Assembly: GCA_004431415.1 (NCBI GenBank) | Contig: QPMI01000288.1 | Span: forward strand, 3,756 to 67,755 | DNA from: Cyanophora paradoxa CCMP329 | Lineage: Eukaryota > Plantae > Glaucophyta | Direction of reading: 5' to 3' | Length of the DNA stretch: 64,000 bases | Part shown: positions 60,554 to 64,000 of the stretch, in pieces | Layout of the letters: every line of letters starts with the position of its first letter | How positions within the stretch are numbered: position 1 is the stretch's first letter | The notes under the pieces: generated by a model | What the model was told of the DNA's origin: nothing | The model's database searches: none | What the model saw: only the letters and a program-made list of their open reading frames with translations | Program-made: the position numbers and the translations under genes

Positions 60554-60685
60554 CCGACGCGCTGGGGTTGGTAGAATGGCGAGGGCCAAGGCTGCAGGCG
60601 GCAGCTAGGGCTAACGAATGGCTGCCGCAAGCCAAGCCGCAAGCCGGGAGGGATACAGCCTCAATATCCTCCTCGTCATCCTGCG

Positions 60686-61785
60686 ATGTCCAAGGAGGCC
60701 GGAGCCAAGTACGGCACGCCGACAGGCGACAGCGCCGTGGAAGCCGGAATGAGAGCCGACGCCGACTCCGGCCCTCTTCCGCGGCGACATCTCACTGATC
60801 CCTTCTTGATCTTCTGCAGAGTGCTGAACGTGCGCACATTCCGGACGTTGACGTATGCGTACGCCGCCCGGAAGCTCACGGGACGCAGGCGCTCGCGTGC
60901 ATCGCAGCCGTCTTGGTGCTTGTGGCCAACGTCGTGTCACTCGTCACATTAAACTCCGTCAAGCTCAAGGGCACACCGGTGCGCCGCCGCTTAGCTCGCG
61001 CCTGGCGCTACGCGCGCCCGGCCCTGCGAAAAAGCGCTCCGGCGCATGCGCTTTAGCTAGCGCGCTCCGCAACCAGCGCACGACGTCGACCGCGGCCGTG
61101 TTCGGCGCCGCCGCGGCCGGCGCAGATCTCCGAGATCCTCCTCCGCATCTACGCGATCTTCTTCTCGGTGCTGATCATCTTGGTGGAGCTCGAGCTGCAC
61201 TTCTTCCTCCGCTGGCTCCTCTTCATCACCGGCTGGATCGGCCGCGGCCAGGTGCTGCGATCCCACCACTCCAGTGCGGACGCTGCATCTGATCGAGAGC
61301 CCCTGCAGTTCCAGATCTTCGTCGGGATATTGGTTACAACCTTCGTGAGATTCGACTTCACGAAAATCGGTGCGCGCCCATCCCCCGCTCCGCATCGGCG
61401 CGCCGCGCTGCGGGGCCCTCACGAGAGGCCGCCGCTCGTGGCAGACGAGTTCCAGCGGGCGTCGGGCTTCGCGCTCATCGGCATCGGCGCCCTCTACAGC
61501 GTCATGGGACTCCTCTGCCTCAACAGGCGCCCCGCTCGAACTCAAATCGATCCGCTCCATTTCGATCTCAGTGGGCGCCTCCCGCGGCAGGCTGAAGGAG
61601 CGGCGGAGGCACCAGATGGAGGTCAACGTCCAGGCCGACGCGATGCTCGCCCAGGTCCCCATCCGCGGCACCCGCTTCGCATTGCTTGAATCTCGCCCTG
61701 CTTGACCTCCCGTGTCTCCCTCGCGCTTGCGCAGGAGCGGCTAGATCGGGCGGCGCAGGGCGCCCGGCCTTCCGTCACCGTTTAG
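60686..61785 (+). CDS. COPI-associated / TVP15-like Golgi membrane protein
   Basis: TDPFLIFCRVLN, VLVLVANVVS, LLRIYAIFFSVLIILVELE, WIGRGQ|FQIFVGIL, IGIGALYSVMGLLCLN|RLK. Confidence 0.75.
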
Positions 61786-62112
61786 CCTAGTAGCCTTTTC
61801 GTCTGTGTCTAATCTGCAGTTTGTACAGCGTGTAATTTTAGTTCAATTGGTACATTTCATTCCGTGGCACAGAATGACTTGACAGGGACGCCTGCCGTAG
61901 AATAGAGTACAACACGAAAGTGGCATAGGGTGCCGGGCCACGGCGGCCGTCGCTCAGCGGCGTGGCCGGGGCGTGAGGACAAGAAAAAGCTGGCCTCGTG
62001 GCTACCGGGCTATACAGGTACAACGGGTCGAGGAGGGATAGGGGCCGGCGTGAATCGCCAGCGCCGAGATATCGATAAGAGATAAATTAATGAGGGAGAA
62101 GGCGGGCGGGGC

Positions 62113-63945
62113 TCAGCGTATTATCCAGCCGTTGCCGTTGTGGTGCCTGGGGGAGGACTCGAGGTGGGGGTCGTGGCCGTGCCGGGGCCCGTGCGGCTCG
62201 TGCTTGTTCCAGTGCAGCTCGGCGCTCCCGGGCACGTGGTCGTCCGGAGGCGCCCCCGGCGCCCCATCCACCGCCCCCAGCCCCTGCGACTGCACCAGAG
62301 ACAAGAAGGCATTCCACCCAACCGACTGCCGGCGCGTCAGGGGTACGCCGGTTCCAGAGGCGGGCGGGGTTCGGACCACGGCGTTCACGACGAGGCCCTG
62401 AGAGGCCGGCGAGACGAAGCGGAAGTTGACGAGCTGCGCGGGGCTCAGCGTCAAGAGCGGGCGGGCGTTTTGGAGTCGGAGGCGGGTACGCCCACCTGGA
62501 CGGGGGACCAGACGGCGACGTCGTACTTGAACGTTGGGCCGAACATCTCCCCCACGTGCTCCCACGCCTCCCCGACACTCTTCCCTGCGCCGAAAACGGT
62601 CGGTACCCCCGCTGAACCCTGTACCCCGACCGGAATTCCCGTACCCTCGAGCATGTCCTGGATGAGGAAGAAGATGACGAGGTTCGTGGGCTCGAAGATC
62701 ATCGTGTCGAAGACGAGCTGCGGGGGTACGTGTTCAGTTGTGCGGGAACATCGCCCAGAGTTGGGAGGTACGCCGATGGACCTTAGTGGCGATTATGGAC
62801 CAGAGGGGCCGGTAGTTGGGGCAACTCTTGTCAATCTGCCCTAGCTCGGCGGCTGCCCTCCTCGCCGCCTCGGCCGCCGCCCTCGCCTGCGCGGCCGCCG
62901 CCTCCGCTGCCGCTGCTACCGCCGACTTGGGGCAGCGGAGGAGTGCGGCGGGATTCGACGCGAGGCGCCAGGCGTGCAGCGCGGAGCGCCACGCCTGCTG
63001 GCACGCCGCAGACTCCGCAAAGCCCAGCTTGACGCTCTTGACGAAGCTCGGCGCCGCCTTGTCGATCCAGCGGTACCTGCGAAGCACCGCCGCCGCTCGG
63101 CGGGGCCCCGGGGAAGGCGCAGGGGCGGGCGCCGGCCGCACCAAAAGGAGCAGGTGGGGCCGGCGAGCGCGGCGCCGTACCCCGCCATCCTCGTTAGACG
63201 GGGCACGTCTGCGGATGGCGGCGCACGGTTGGGCAGGCGGGGGCGCAGCGCGGGGCGGGCCCGGGCGCACCGATCTCCTCAAGCCCCTCGATGCGCTGGC
63301 TGATCAGGTCGCCGACACCCCACAGCAGCCCTAGAAGCGTTTCAGACGCGGATCGCTCGCGCGACGCGCTCGGCCGGCTCCCGCGGACGAACCACTCAGG
63401 CCCGCCTCGACGAGCAGCCGCCGCTTCTGAGCAAGCATTTCCGCGAGGAGCGGCATAGTGCCGCCTTCGCGCCAGCGGAGCTGCCGTTCCTTCTCTAACC
63501 TGTCGTCGAGAGAGCGACGGTCACCGCGCCGGCGCGGGCGGTCGTCTGGCCATGGGCAGGTCAATTACCGAGGTCACCGCCGACCCGCACAGGCGGGCGT
63601 GGATTTCACAACCCGCAAACTCGAAAACGGCGGCCGCTCGTGCAGTCGCAACGTCGCCGGCGGCGAGACGGCCAGAATGATGGGACCGCAAAGTGCGCTG
63701 GCCGCTCCGCGGCGCTCGAACGTTGAGAGGCCACAAGACCGAAGCGCCGAGAGAAGGCGCTGAAACCTATCTCGGCTCGGGCCGAGGTACGCTCTGCGCG
63801 CCGAAGTGGGCGGCTCGCTACCGCAGTACTCGTCGTTTTTTTTAGAACTAGCTTGGCCGTAGTCGCAAAGAAGAAGCCGGCTGAGGGCTTCGGCGAGTAC
63901 GATGAATACAGATAACGTGTACCCCTCCGCCGAATCGGCCCCCAT
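62113..63945 (-). CDS. Mpv17/PMP22 family membrane protein; start 63945 or 63456
   Basis: LLWGVGDLISQRIE, D..RLTRMAGYG..GP..W|YRWID, K|LVFDTMIFEP, VWSPVQ|LVNFRFV, WNAFLS. Confidence 0.88.
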
Positions 63946-64000
63946 CCGGGCCCGGCCCAGACCGCGAAATTCGCGAACTTCAGAAAATTTGCACTAGTAC

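Noticed and set aside
1-64000. Hundreds of long Arg/Pro/Gly/Ala-rich ORFs, including overlapping antisense ORFs of 400-800 aa
   Set aside because: Expected from stop-codon scarcity at very high GC; spliced models explain the coding signal.
1-64000. Alternative genetic code or stop readthrough
   Set aside because: TAG, TGA and TAA all terminate genes at expected C-termini, and in-frame stops fall inside introns.
1-64000. tRNA, rRNA or snRNA genes
   Set aside because: None recognisable by eye; a tRNAscan/Infernal run would be needed to exclude small RNAs.

Overview
Gene-dense, very GC-rich nuclear DNA from an intron-rich, plastid-bearing eukaryote. A nucleus-encoded MinE with a Phe-containing N-terminal leader suggests a glaucophyte- or red-alga-like host; this is inference. 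Most long ORFs in the supplied track are GC artefacts, so I spliced gene models by hand. I recover about 20 genes, in order: a coiled-coil protein (3' end only), a 4-TM protein, a treble-clef Zn-ribbon repeat protein, an SLF2/FAM178-like protein, MSH2, a hybrid histidine kinase, a class I sirtuin, a large pseudo-USP protein, MinE, PTH2, an AADAT-like aminotransferase, TatD, BCP/PrxQ, inositol monophosphatase, an uncharacterised RYLWTDA-motif protein, a myristoylated DUF4062-NTPase-TPR protein, an Mss116-like DEAD-box helicase, an F-box/LRR protein, a TVP15/COPI-associated protein and an Mpv17/PMP22 protein. Highlights: (1) a fold-type-I aminotransferase whose Schiff-base Lys is replaced by Phe and which carries a long RRxS/T-rich tail; (2) an SLF2-like gene head-to-head with MSH2; (3) MinE with a duplicated core element, plus a 97-bp copy of its coding sequence in the shared promoter; (4) about a quarter of MSH2 introns using GC donors, and micro-exons in several genes; (5) TCTAG-cored tandem arrays in enlarged first introns; (6) near-strict strand alternation of genes. 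Family calls come from recognised motifs, not database searches. Start codons and some exon boundaries are approximate.
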